Origin: Nemertoderma westbladi
Taxonomy: Eukaryota; Animalia; Xenacoelomorpha
Assembly: GCA_032718475.1 (NCBI GenBank)
Contig: JAUCBJ010001327.1
Coordinates: 1 to 64,000 of the forward strand
Direction: 5' to 3'
Length of the DNA: 64,000 bases
A program made the position numbers and the translations under genes. This document shows, in pieces, positions 49,791-62,800 of the stretch; position 1 is the stretch's first letter, and the number at the start of each line of letters is the position of its first letter. The notes under the pieces are model-generated. The model did no database searches and was not told the DNA's origin. It saw only the letters and a list, made by a program, of their open reading frames with translations.

Positions 49791-50910
49791 TGTAAAAGCT
49801 TTTGCGGACATAACTAGTCATTTTTACGCAATGCGCAGAATACTCTAAAATAGCCCTAAAATTGTTAAACTACGCGTCGGAAAGAAGTTATAACCAAGAT
49901 GACGAAATCTGTCAGCTGATTCTTTGTGTACGTGTAGGTTTCTTTGTTCAGGCTTATTCAGCCAATCAGAGCAATCTTCCCCTTTATGCCAGTAGAGACC
50001 TACCTGAGGAAACTAGCGCAATGCATTATGGTTATGGCTTTTCTGAGAATTAGATAAATCTCAGAATTCTGTACTAAGTATGGTCGTTTCAGACTTTGGC
50101 CCAGGAACATCTGATGGCCTTAGTTATAAGAACGTAAATCTATTAACTGAATCACCTTGTCATTTGACTTAACTCAATTCATATCGCATTTCATATAACT
50201 GAACACATACTGACTGTTCACCGCACTGTTTTACTGCTGTTTTATATTGTGTTAATTGTTGTTTATTAATGGATGTTATATTTGGAGAATACCGATAAAT
50301 AATCATAAGTAATCAATCTTCTTGATTACAGAGGTAAGCGGAGAGAGAGTCTACCGGTAGCAACTGCGACTTAAATTATAGTGGTTTTTGTGTGAATTAA
50401 ATGTTATTTCATAATCCTACGTGTGTCAGTTGCAATCCTCCTTATATATGATCAAATTCAGTGACGGTCGGCAAATTAGTGTGAAGTAGTGTAAAGTAGT
50501 GTGAAGTCGTGTGAAGTCGTGTGAAGGTTAATAAAGCATCTCCTAAAGAATGCGCTATTTACGAAACTCTGTGGCCATCTAGTTGTGATTAGTATAAGTC
50601 ATAACTCTGTTTTTATACTTAAAGCGCCACGTCCTAAAGGAACTGTTAATATTTCCCCGAAAGTAAATATAGTTGTCAGAGATTATATAGTAGCAATCAA
50701 TCGAATAATACAAAGTAGCTTACACCGCAATACTTCCTAAGGAACCCGAATCCAGTCTCCCACACCGTGGGTCATACGCAGCGCACCGACTGGATTCGGC
50801 AGATGTAACTTCAGTACACCAGGTAATTGGTAAGGGCTAAAGTCGATTCATAATCAAAAGGACAATTAAAATTGGCAGGTTAAACTGCTAAAGGTCTGAA
50901 AGTGCGAACA
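49791..50910 (+). repeat. 3' LTR of element B (1120 bp)
   Basis: TGTAAAAGC...GTGCGAACA, preceded by the short purine-rich GGGAGCGG (PPT-like) and followed by the TSD GGTAG. Confidence 0.95.
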
Positions 50911-51877
50911 GGTAGGACACTATGTTGGACTTAGTGCATGGTAAGCGCACAGTTCACTTGTGCTGCATACATAGTGTCAATAGATATAAGTTACCAGTTG
51001 GGGAATAATATTGCAGTACTATGGATGCACACACTCGCACTAAAATGAACCGAATCTATTACAGACAGGGCGCAGTCAGCACCAACCGTGTGGAAATCGA
51101 GTTGGTTTGATCTCTGGTCTTGTATATTCATCAACAATAGTAAAGCAATAATAGTAAATAATGATAATGCAATGATATATGCAACAAGATGTTAAAATGC
51201 ATGCAGCAAGCCACAATGCATGCAGGCAAGGCGAAATATTACGAGTCTGGTAGTTACAATGACTCACAACAGGGTAATATGTTGTTAGGTTACGCCCGAG
51301 AGAAATGGGATGAACATCGACTATATAAACAAGTAATACTGCAAAAATAGAACAGCCAATAGGACGCAAGAATACCTGCACCGGTAGTTACCAATGAGAG
51401 TTCAGCACTATACCACAACTGCTGCTAGGCAACATATAAACAAGGTTCACGGTGGTATACAACACGAGTTAGGCATAAATGTTATAAGCACAGAAATTGA
51501 ATGATTCTCTGATAATAAATATAAGATTTCGATATGCAGTTAGCCCGTGCAGCAAAAAGACAACTTCAAACTATAATTTTTTCTAGACAAATTCAAACTA
51601 TAATTATTATGTTGTAATCATCTAATGAATTGTAAAAGCTGTTGTGATTATAGAAGATAGAGAGCAGTTAGCGAAATGATTATTTTGTTCTATCGGATTG
51701 AGTAGTCAGAGAGGAGTCGAGGTGTTAATTGATTAATAATAATATAATAACAGCAGTTGCCATGAATTCAATACAATCGCGCACAAGAAGTGATAAGACA
51801 AATTAGTTCTTATTTTTGTAACTAGAAAGCCAGCAAGCTGGCTGGAAGGAGCCCGGGGGAAAAATCCTAGCCAAGAC

Positions 51878-52777
51878 TATGAAGCGCCGTTTACGCCAAA
51901 ACTATCTGAATAAATATTATACTCAAGATGTGTCAATAAAAAATATTATACTTAAGATGTATCTAAATTCTCGGCCGAGATTCTCGGCCGAGTTTTTCCC
52001 GGCCGAGATCTCGGCCGAGTTTTCTCGGCCGAGATTCTCGGCCGAGATTCTCGGCTGAGTTTTTCTCGGCCGAGTTTTTCTCGGCCGAGAAAGTATTAAA
52101 ATATGAAACGGCGGGAAATTTAAAATGGCGTTGTATTTGCAATAATTACAGTATTTACAGCAGTACAGTACATAAGCCTGCATCCTATTGCTACCGTTTC
52201 ACTTCACTATCCTACACGTGTGCAGCTATGCCTATGGCTGTATGGCTGATGCCAATGTAGAACTGGTTGGAGGTATCAGCGGTGGGAGGCCTCGTTACGA
52301 AATTACGGAGAGGCAGTTGCACTATTTACAGAATATTGGATTCTCTCGAAGAGATACGGCACGCATTTTGGATGTTAGCGAACGAACTATTTCAAGGCGT
52401 TGTAAACAATATGGACTGAATAATAATAAATACTCTGATATAGATAATGTCAACCTTTATAAAGCTATACGACATATATTGAGCAATATTTCCCGCTGTT
52501 ACAACTTTTAAGATTATAAATTCTCGGCCGAGAAAAACTCGGCCGAGAAAAACTCGGCAGAGAAAACTCGGCCGAGATCTCGGCCGAGAAAAACTCGGCA
52601 GAGAAAACTCGGCCGAGAAAAACTCGGCAGAGAAAACTCGGCCGAGATCTCGGCCGAGAGAAACTCGGCCGAGATCTCGGCCGAGAATTTAGATACATCT
52701 TAAGTATAATATTTTTTATTGACACATCTTGAGTATAATATTTATTCAGATAGTTTTGGCGTAAACGGCGCTCCATA
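51878..52777 (+). mobile_element. IS3EU-like DNA transposon, internally deleted (900 bp)
   Basis: TAT...ATA termini, ~95-bp TIRs followed by CTCGGCCGAG arrays, and 6-bp TSD CAAGAC (51872-51877, 52778-52783). The internal HTH fragment GRPRYEITERQL...FSRRDTARILDVSERTISRR is typical of the IS3EU/IS481-like transposase N-terminus. Confidence 0.85.
52245..52511 (+). pseudogene. Transposase N-terminal helix-turn-helix fragment
   Basis: ORF 52188-52511 has the HTH pattern xARILDVSERTISRR, with no catalytic core following. Confidence 0.75.
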
Positions 52778-53006
52778 CAAGACTATTACAAAGAACTATG
52801 TCAGTCAGCAGTAAGTAAACTAAAATTGTCTAAACTGCAAGGCGTGAGGCTAGCTGACTTTGTGGCTCGCCCCACATAATAAAAAATGCAACTTAGCTAC
52901 CACTAACAAAAATATAATATGAAGCAAATAATTTCATTATCAAGCACGTTTACAAGATATAAGATGCGATTACCGAATATTTATAAAAAATGCCCATGAT
53001 GCACAA

Positions 53007-54205
53007 TGTTTGCTTGCGCTTTTGAAGACCTTTGACAGTTTAACCTGCCAAAATTAGAATGTCTTTTAGATGATATATATTCTTTAGCTTTATGACGAGT
53101 ATTTGATACACTACATTAGCTGAAGCCAGTCTATGCGCAATCATTCACCCGTTGGATATACCCGGGAGACTGAGTTCGGAGCTTAATGATTGATGGTGTA
53201 AGCCTACTGTATTATTCGACTGATCGTAATATATAATCTCTGACAAATATTATTCACTTTCGGGAAATATTAACAGTTCCTTTAGGACGTGGCGCTCTAA
53301 ATATGTAAACAGAATTATGACTTAAACTAGACACAACGAAAAGGCTATAGATTCACGTATATGGCGCATTCTTTAGGAGATGCTTTGTTATCAGTTACAC
53401 TCATACACAATGCTGCACAATACTGCACACTAATCTGCCGACCTTCACTAAATTTGGTCACGTATAAAGAGAGCAACATACAATTTATGTCGGGCATATG
53501 AAATAGCATTAGATTCACTTCAAACCACTCAACATAGGTCGCAATCGTTTATCTGTAACCGGTCTCTCTAACCTTTAGTATATCAAGAAGGTGGGGTGTC
53601 TGACTATTGATCAGTATTCCGATATAATAATTCATCAACCAATATAATGAATAACCATCAACAAAAGCAGTAATGTAAGATATGAATTGCATAGATATGT
53701 ATGATAAGATTGTAATTAACTCGGTAACTCAAGTTAGTCGTTTGCATTGATAACAGATATACGTTCTATAATTAAGCCTACTAATGTAAAGCTAAAGAAC
53801 GCTGATATACGGAGGTGCTAAAAGCCGATGTTCTTAGGCTCTGAGCAAAAACATAACACTGAACTACTGAGTTCTGTATACACCTCCAACACAGAGACAA
53901 AAAACGCTCTGATTGGTCAACCGAACAACGAGAGAACAAAGAAACAAAGAAACGTCGACGTGGCAATATCAGCTGTTAGCCGTCGTCATGGTAGCGACAC
54001 TGTTTTCAAGAGTATCCAGCTTATCGCGTCACGAGATTGCGGATTATGTCCTCTAAAGTACAAATACAGTACAAGCACAGAAGAAATGACTTTTATGTCC
54101 CCTAAAACACCAGCACAGCAAGGACACGGCCTCCTTATGCCTGGCAAACCAACTACAGAGTACTTTAAGGGAAAATAACCGGTTAATGACGCAAAAGCTT
54201 TTACA
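53007..54205 (-). repeat. 3' LTR of element C (~1.2 kb)
   Basis: Minus strand starts GGGAGCGG|TGTAAAAGCTTTTGCG and ends GGCAGGTTAAACTGTCAAAGGTC...GCAAACA, homologous to the LTR ends of B. Confidence 0.85.
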
Positions 54206-54283
54206 CCGCTCCCAGAAAATGGGATTTAAGTCTATAAAATATAACAAATCACAGTTTCTAAAATATAAAGATACTCTAAACAG

Positions 54284-55803
54284 TTAGTCTTTCTTACGCA
54301 GACGGCGTTTACGCAGTTTTTTGAGGCTAGCAAGAGTCCTTTTCTCTTTGGGGCGAGCCACTTTACTAGGAGGGCTATAAATCCTGGGTGAAGGGTGCAA
54401 TATGATTGCATCAGAAGGTGTAGGATTATGGTCGGGGTATCCGCCGTTTCGATATGCTTCTCCTCGAGCTGATTTTCCTCCGCTCGTAGCTGGATACGTC
54501 CATCCAAAACTCTCGCAGAGAATGGGGTTGTCTAAGTTCGATATCTTCTTAGAGATTCTGGATTTCACAATCGAACTGAGATAAAGACAATTCGTTTATC
54601 GCTTGGACTTGCTGTTACAACTTACGTTTATCTGAACAAACGCAGGTTTCCTTTCTGATCTTTGTAGAATAGCGTTTAACTCGTTTGGTACAACGCTCTC
54701 CGCCACTTTGGTGACAGGTTATATCGTGTTAAGCCGGGACGATGGTAAGGGTTAAACGGCGATATTAAATGTCCGCGTCCCAATCCGGCTAGGTAGAATG
54801 GGCTAATATCTAGGAAGCCCACAACTGGGGTGCCACCGATTAATTGTTCAGGTAACACTAGATCTTTGAGCAGTGAGTACAGCTCGGGAGGATCCGTCAT
54901 ACTAATAGGATCAAGAGTCTGAAGTCTCACTAGGGAATGAGGAGTTCTGATCGAGTATTCCGAAACTCTGATCATAGGTTTATTTAAGGATCGTCTGAGT
55001 CGAACGAGCGTAGGGGATACATCGAACAAGTTTCGCTCGAAACTCCCGTAAGTATAGCGAGTAAAACCGTGTTTAAAGCAACGTCTCCGCGGATGTTTAT
55101 GTCTTTCCGTTTGTTGGTTGGGTCTTAGGCATTCATCGCAATAATACCAAAAATGCACGTCTTGTAGGGGAAACGCGAGTGATCTTTCTCCAGCTTACAA
55201 TATTCCTCCATCCGTTCGAAGCTATCCGGTACAACAGGTAGCGATCGATCGGCGGTAAGATACATCATAGTGGAATAGAGCCGTTTGAGTCCTACCATGC
55301 GGTCATGATGTATACCTTGAGGATATCGAGTTTCTAGATTCTGTTGACTGGTAATATCGAGATAGGTTTCTCTCAAGAATTCCAGGTATTTGCTGAAGTC
55401 GCTGCGTTTATCCGGCTCTTCAACATCTGCACTTTCGAGTCGGTTTCGAATAGAATTTTCGTGTTCGAGTCTCAGTTTATCGTTCCGCTTCCGCTGGGTA
55501 TGATATTTAAATAGACCATTTCCCTTTGGTGTCTATATCGTTCGTATCGTGTAGGTCGATAGGATGACCAGTAGTTAAGAAGTTCATATATATACCATTA
55601 CGATGCGTATAGCGAGCGGTGAATTTTCTACAGTCCAACCCACGCGCAAGTTGCTCCCGGGACATTGGCGGTTAGATATAACGACCATCGTCCTCCGTCG
55701 TAGTTAGACCAGCGTCGCCGCGTATCAAGCTATCAACAAACGCCTGTAAAGGTAGAGTATATCGCTCCCTGATACCAAGATCATCATCTATCAACTCAAT
55801 CAT
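54284..55803 (-). pseudogene. Accessory ORF3 of element C, with an internal deletion removing the exonuclease and knuckles
   Basis: ORFs 55125-55376, 54676-55158 and 54284-54568 align to B 45494-46855 and then to B 49552-49713. Junction near 54447. Confidence 0.9.
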
Positions 55804-57449
55804 ATCTGCTATATAAGCTTATCCATATTATAATGAGTTTATATTTAGGCGAGCGGGCGTCGCTGCCTACCCCTCTCTGCCCCCGGACGGTGCGAGATCC
55901 TCAGCGCTGGTGTACTTTCGCCGATGTGCCTATCGCCAACGTCGTAGCTGCACAACGACTACAACAACCAGCACGAGCCACTCCACCGTCCGTCCCAAAG
56001 GCTTAGATATACTTCAGGTTCTTACTGGAGAGTTAGGGTTACTTTCACAATTGCGACTCGCTACTGTAAACACACCTTAGTAGTAACATTCACCTACAAA
56101 CGCACAAATTCCACGTAACAGTCACAAATGGTACACATTCTATCACACATTCGGGTCATTTGTCCGTTAGTCAAGTGCCTTCCAGAATGTCACGTTGTTA
56201 TTATGTATTCTTGGATACTAGCGGTGTGCTATTTATTCCGTATGCTATTCAATACGCAAGCCTTTTATTGTTCTTTTAACTCACTTCTAATTCTAGCGTG
56301 GTTGTTGCCATGGTGACATTATGGAAAGCTAGCGGTAGAATTAGGGTAATTCTCATGCATACAGATCTGGGATGCTATTTAATAGTAAGTCTTTAATGGT
56401 CAATATCCCCTTTATACATGATTCTATGAATTTTATCGGCTATTGTCTATACATTGGAGATTCTCGCACAAAAATACACTTAATAGAGTGAATCTCCGCT
56501 CCCATGATCTATTAATTAATGGAATTTTGGGAATGTTATAAATTGTACAAAATGACAATTTATTAAATTCATTGAAATATATGAATTTAAATTTATTCCC
56601 GTAAATTTTATTATTTAATGTTAAATAGACACAATTTTATTCCAGAACATGTCTGGGGACTGGGATCCTTGATTCTAGGAATTTTGTCCTTTTAAGAGTA
56701 TCGGTAAGTGCTACGATATCTTAATCGACTAGAATTTTAAAGGATCTGATATTTGACAGATTTTTGTAAATATTAATAATTAATATTTAGGATGGGCACC
56801 AGTTTATTCCAGAACTTGTCTGGGGACGTTAACCATTGATTCTAGAAATTTGTCTTTCAAGTATATCGGTGGGTGCCGCGATATCTTAATCGACTAGAAT
56901 TACAGATGGTCAAAGGGTTTAACAGATTTATTTTGCGTTATACACTACTGTTAAAGGGACATCACGCTACTATATGTATTATTTAATATACGGTATGAGA
57001 GCAATATCGCACGAAGCAATGTCAGTGTGAAGAGGCAAGTCGTTTCCAAGGTCTACCCAGAGCTTGGTTTAGCCGAGACACGAGGATCTGAACTTTGCAT
57101 TCCTAATACTCTGCCTACCAATAATACTTAAATATAGTAGTGGCTTTATTGTACTTTAATAAGTACGGATATTTCATCTTACTGTAGTCACGTATTTATA
57201 ATATGATACGGACAGTAAGGAAAGAGAAAAAGAATTATTTCTCGCCGTCGCACTAAATATATAATATACGTAATTAAATAATAAACGCGAATATATATTG
57301 CACTAATCTACTAAATAATCTCTAAAATACCATACTACTAAATAAAATTAAATAAAACGATTAAAATAAAATTACATAATAATACATACATAAATATAAA
57401 AATAAAACAAATACAAAATAATAGAGTCACACACCCACTCCATATGTTG

Positions 57450-60400
57450 TTACGTTATGGAGTCCCTAGATGTTTGAAGGATTAGGGAGGTGGTCGTGGG
57501 AAGAGAATCTTGCCTTCCACAGTTTCCGGAGAGTCCTCCATTCCCTTCCGGTAAACACAAACGACCGACTGGGTGATTGAGTCGCTGCATCCCGAATACA
57601 ATTCCAGGTTTCCTCTTCGTCCTGGAATAGTGACGATAGAAACATCGCTCTAGGTACACGACGGCCTTACAAAGCCGATTCCAGGAGCTATAGTGGTCCG
57701 TCGCTCCCTGCAGGAGAGGTGAGAGTCCCTGCGAGACGTCTGATGTTCCAGAGCTCCAATCGCTCTCTCTGATCTTCATGAAGGATCCACTCGCGGTGGG
57801 GAGGTCCAGATCCACGGCGTCGTCCCTGGCAATATGTAATACCGACAGATCTATCCCGGGTTCAAATAACTCCGATCCACCCGTCCGGGTTTTAGGTTTG
57901 ACTTTCTCCGCTCCCTTGGCTGGTCTAATCTCAGTCGGAGTAAGATGGGGAGGCCATTCATCCTCCTTACTCAGGAAGTCGGGTTCACCTAACCGGTCTG
58001 TAGTATCTGTCAGTTCTTGAGGAGTTGCTCCTCTGGAAGCGATGTCAGTTGGATTAAACTTCTTGGGGCAATATCTCCATTGATCTACATTGGAGCTAAT
58101 ATCGTCATTATCTGAGGAGTATGGTGTTCCCTCAGTTGGGTCGTCTCCCTCACTAGTATCATCTTCCCATTCACTCACCTGGCAGACGCGATCTTTAAGC
58201 AGTCTTTCTCTGAGTGTCCTTCGGGAAGGTCCAGTAAGGTACCAACCTACTCTAGTTCTTACCGCATAGGTCTGAAGTGGTTGCGGTTGAGCAGGTCGTT
58301 TCTCCAATGTCTCCAGCGCCTCATGCGCGTTTTGACCGATTAATATTTGTACTCCAGGATAATCGGTGTCGAATCTAGGAATGTTAAGTTGTTGGGCATG
58401 ATCATCTTCGTCCCAATTATAAGGTTCCACTTGGGTGGTAGCGAAGTTCTTTATTGCCACCATTTTGACTGACCTTATACTGTGTTCTCCTAGTTTATCC
58501 TGTGGAGTGGACAACTCACCTATATAATAGTCGGCAGCCACAGCAGATTTCCAAACCTGCATGATCCCTGACATGTTTAGCTTGGTTCGGAACTTGGGTT
58601 GTCCAGCAAAGATGTCTTCGGCTAGTTCTTTATCGATGAATGTTCCTGTGCTGCCGGAGTCCAGGAGGGCGTTCACTATATAGCTCTTCTGAGGTCCGTG
58701 GACCCGTAACTGGACTACAGGAAATTCTCGGATTCCTACATTTGAAGTTGGCGCTTTCCAAGATTGTTGTTGATCTGAAGTAGTTAGGGTGAGGTCGCTG
58801 TCTGTGTCTTTCTCGTACATGAGTGCTCGATACACTGCGGTGGTGTTTATTAAGTAACAGGATTCGTTTTCGTCGGAGAACTCGTCCGTATAGAATCCTT
58901 CCATCTCAGATTGATCAGTGTCGTTCACATCACTGAATTGGACATGTAGTTCGGAATCACTCACCTGACTCGGACTATTTCGCTCGAATTCAGTGTGCAA
59001 CAAGATATGATGTTTCGCACCGCACTTTGCACACCTTGCGTCGGAGTAACAGGTTCGCCGTTGGTGTCCTCGTCTGAGGCAATTATAACACAACCGCTTA
59101 TCCCACATGACTTCACGTCTATCCTTTAGTGATTTCCTCAGGAATTTATCACACGCATTTAAACGGTGGGGCCCGTCTCACAGCACACATTTGGGCTTGA
59201 TGTTACTTACTTTAACATGTGCTGTGTGGTGCACGTTCGTTCTTTCCTCGGGCTTTCTCACCTGAATTCTCTTGGGAGACGTAGGAGGATTTTTTCTTAC
59301 CTGTTCTCTCCTGTCATTGGTTCGAGACTTGAATTTACTTACCTGGTCTTTAGGCATTTTATTGTCATAGTAAGATCTTTCAGTGTCTTTCCCGCTGTCT
59401 TCCTCTTGAGAAGCCTGGCTTTCGCCATCGTCTGTATAACACACTGGTATTACCCTTCTCCTAGAAACGGGTTTCTCACTTACCTTGTTTTCCGGTGTCT
59501 TCTCTCTGGACTGCCTTAGGAGCTCTAATTTCACTTCTCCATCTAAGAATGACATGAGATCAGCCATGGTAGGGTCTCGTCGTTGTTGTTCCATCATATA
59601 TAACACTTTCTTGTCCCAGCGTGTACCTACTCCACCCTTGGGCAAAGTAGATGCTAAGGCTCTAATAACCATAGCACTCTGATACTCATGAGACTTACCT
59701 AGCCAATCTAATTGTCTGCAGATCTCCTGAATCTCATCGGAAAACTCTATAATTCCGCTGCTAATAAACTTTCGGGGCGCTACCAACTTTGCATACAAAT
59801 ACCCAGCTATGTTATTCCTATTACCATACCTGATGTTTAGTGTATCCCAAACTTGTCTTAATCCGTCAGGATGTCCAATAAACTTTAACGCCATTAACTT
59901 GGGAGATCCTTCCAAGCACTCGATGAGGAATCTAAGTTTCTCTCCATTAGATAGCACAGAGTTCTGTATGTTATCTTTGTAATATTCATTAAAAGGTAAC
60001 CATTTCATCTCATCTCCATTGAACTTGACGATCTCTCCCACCTTTACCGCTTGCCGGGCTTCGGTTCTAGCCATTTGACGCGTAAAACTTTCTTGGGCCA
60101 TCGTGTTATTTAATATCGAGTTATCGGTATATAAATTTCTTGGATTATGATCCGGTCTATAGGGAACATCATTATCAACAGGTCTATAATTACCCTTAAT
60201 AGGGTTCACTATAGGAGTTTCTACTTCGCTAGCAGTATAGATGCGTGTAGGCTCCACACCTTGCGCATGAGATACTTCAGACCTAACAGGTTGACACATG
60301 GTTACAGGGGGTGGTGGTATACCCTTTTGTGCATTTACTAATTTATCGCGTTCTAGCGCGATACTTTGCTGCACCTCTTGCAACTCTAGCCTACTTTCCC

Positions 60401-62427
60401 TTACTGTGCCCTTGAATTGCTGAACGGTCTCCTGCATCTGTCCGAGCAGGAGATCCATCCCCCGTCGTCTCTCATCCACCCATTCAACCGCCGAAGCGGG
60501 ATTCGCCAACGTTGTAGCGGGCGGACGAGGGACAACGGGCGACAAATCATGAATATTTCGCTCGGAGTCCAGGGCATGAGCTGTCTCATGGGCTGTTCTG
60601 CTGGGCACAGGTAGCTTAGTGCTGTGCAAAGGGAATTGAGAGGTAGGTTCAGGGAGTACAGGTGTCTCTACGACCGAAAGGGTGACTTCGGGAACAGGCC
60701 TAACTATTTCAGGCTCATCTACTATAGTAGGGAGTCTCTCTATTGTAATTATTTGTTCTGTGGGTTCTGTACTCGCTAAGTTGGTGTTATTTAGTTGCCT
60801 TCTAACAGCTGGAGGCAAATCAGGCAATTTTTGACGGTGGGATGTTCTTTTACGTCTGCTTAGGCGAGATCGATTTCCTTTGCCTTCAGTATCGGTGGTA
60901 TCGCCTTCCTCAGATGATGTATAACCCTGTCTTTTGGGAGTAGATCGATTCATCATCTGCATATTACTAGCTGTTAACTGTTTACTGAAGTCGTCTTGCT
61001 TCTCTTGAAGATTTTCCAACTCCAGTTGGGCGATCTCTTCAGCCGCTCTCCGTTCTGCTTCCGCCACCGCTGCCGCTTTTGCCTCTGCCGCTGCTGCTTT
61101 TGCCTCTGCCGGTGCTTCTGCTGCTGCCGCTTTTGCCTCTGCCTCTGCTTCTGCTGCTGCCGCTTTTGCCTCTGCCTCTGCTTCTGCTGCTGCCGCTTTT
61201 GCCTCTGCCGCTGCTTCTGCCAAGGTCGCTTTTCTTTCTGCCTCTGCCACTGCTGCTATCTTTCTGTCTTCTATACGTTTTTTCCTTACTTGTTCTTCTT
61301 GGTCTCTAGCGATGCGGAGTTGTTCATCGAATTTAGCTTGGTTCGCCGCTAACCTATCCACATCAATTGCATCCAACACACGCTGGGCTCCTTCACTATT
61401 AGGGCTAAGTCCATCTAGCCTTCTCCTCAACTCTTCATCTCCCAAAAAACGCTGATAGTCCGACAGATAGATGTCAATGGCATCCTTCTTATGCGGTTTC
61501 TCTGCCGTCGCTTCACTTTCCACTTGGGAAAAAGTAGCGTCCGTTGATTCTCCATGGGTTGAGCGCTCCTCCAGCTGAGCTTTCCACTGAGCTGTTCCTT
61601 GAACCTGGCGACTCACCCGTTGAAACCAAGTCTTTACGGCAACTTGCAACGACGTGTCTTTTAGAAGCCTCTTCAAAGGCTGATAATATTAGCCTGATTC
61701 GCAGAATTCTTTCTCTAACTTGATAAAGCAGTTGTCCCTGCTCTTGAGGTCCTTTAGGTTGTTGAAACAGTTGTTTTTCTACTCGCTCCATAGAGCTGAA
61801 GAATCCTTGTGCGTATCCGGCTGCGGACCTCTTCCATACAGCTGGATCGATGGTTTCCTTGGCTACTCCCATCCGGTGTATGTCTTCCCAGACAGCTTCT
61901 GATAAATCAAACGGGAGTCCGGGTCCGGGGAAGTTCCATTGCGACTCGACCATAGACTTCAGTTCTTCCCTTGTGTATCCCTCATAACGATCTTTAGTGG
62001 ATCGCTTACTTCTCGCCCAATCGATCTGGTGTTCTTCCACTGCAATCAATATCCTAGTGAGTACGGCTGCAGGAAGGATGAGAAGGGGATCCGAATAAAC
62101 CGCATCCGTCATCTTTGCTCCGCGCTCGGGTGTCAGTTCTACAGTATCTTCACTACTGGAGCTGTCGGGCCGCTGAGAAATAAGTTCTTGGCTCGCGGGT
62201 TGTTGCTGTTCCGCTGCTTCTTGGTCCCGCTTAACCTGAGCTCGAGTGCCTATGATAGACCTACGATGTTGGACCAGCCTAGGTTCTGTTATTACTACTG
62301 GAGGGATGACCTTCCTCACAGTGGGAGGTGAACTGAACTTAGGACTAGACGGTTCTACACCTCTATCTGAGTCGCAGATAGTTACATCTAATAAACTGTC
62401 TGACAGGTTCTGCTTAGTATCAGACAT
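57450..62427 (-). pseudogene. Gag-protease-(deleted pol) of element C
   Basis: ORF 61513-62427 (ATG), a frameshift near 61670, ORF 59178-61676, an in-frame TGA at 59178-59180, then ORF 57450-59108 with LLDSGS and fused pol remnants. Confidence 0.92.
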
Positions 62428-62544
62428 GTTTGTTTACACAGTTGAATGTCTACTGCAATTACAGTCTAAGTAAGTCTAGTAATTCAGTATTAACTGCTAG
62501 CCTAGTAATTAATTACCGATACTGCTACTCAGTGTAGCGTGATA

Positions 62545-62800
62545 TATAATATATTAGTATACCGGTATGCTTATAGTATATATAAGTATTATTACAGACT
62601 AGTTTATCACCGAAACCGGTATATAGTTTAGCATAAATATATATAAATATAATAGGCCTATCGTGGATACCGGTATGCAGTTTACACTTATAGTGTATAT
62701 ATAAGTATAATTATTAACTGGAATTAATTACAGAATACCGGTATGATTTCAGCACAAATATAAATATTATAATAGGCCTATCGTAAATACCGGTATATCA
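62545..62800. repeat. ~120-bp tandem duplication in the leader of element C
   Basis: ACCGGTAT...TATAAGTAT...ACCGGTAT...TATAATAGGCCTATCGT repeated twice. Confidence 0.7.

Larger units (their letters stand above)
32376..50910 (+). mobile_element. BEL/Pao LTR retrotransposon B with both LTRs (18.5 kb including a 1.9-kb nested insertion)
   Basis: TG...CA LTRs, 5-bp TSD GGTAG at 32371-32375 and 50911-50915, domain order gag-PR-RT-RH-IN, and an extra ORF before the 3' LTR. Confidence 0.96.

Noticed and set aside
50916-51500. Displaced 5' LTR/PBS of element A (TGGTGC on minus near 51083, CCAAT and TATA-like motifs)
   Set aside because: No second copy in the window to confirm an LTR, so the boundaries cannot be supported.
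51923-52776. Minus-strand ORFs of 86 and 103 aa
   Set aside because: Translations of the CTCGGCCGAG subterminal arrays.
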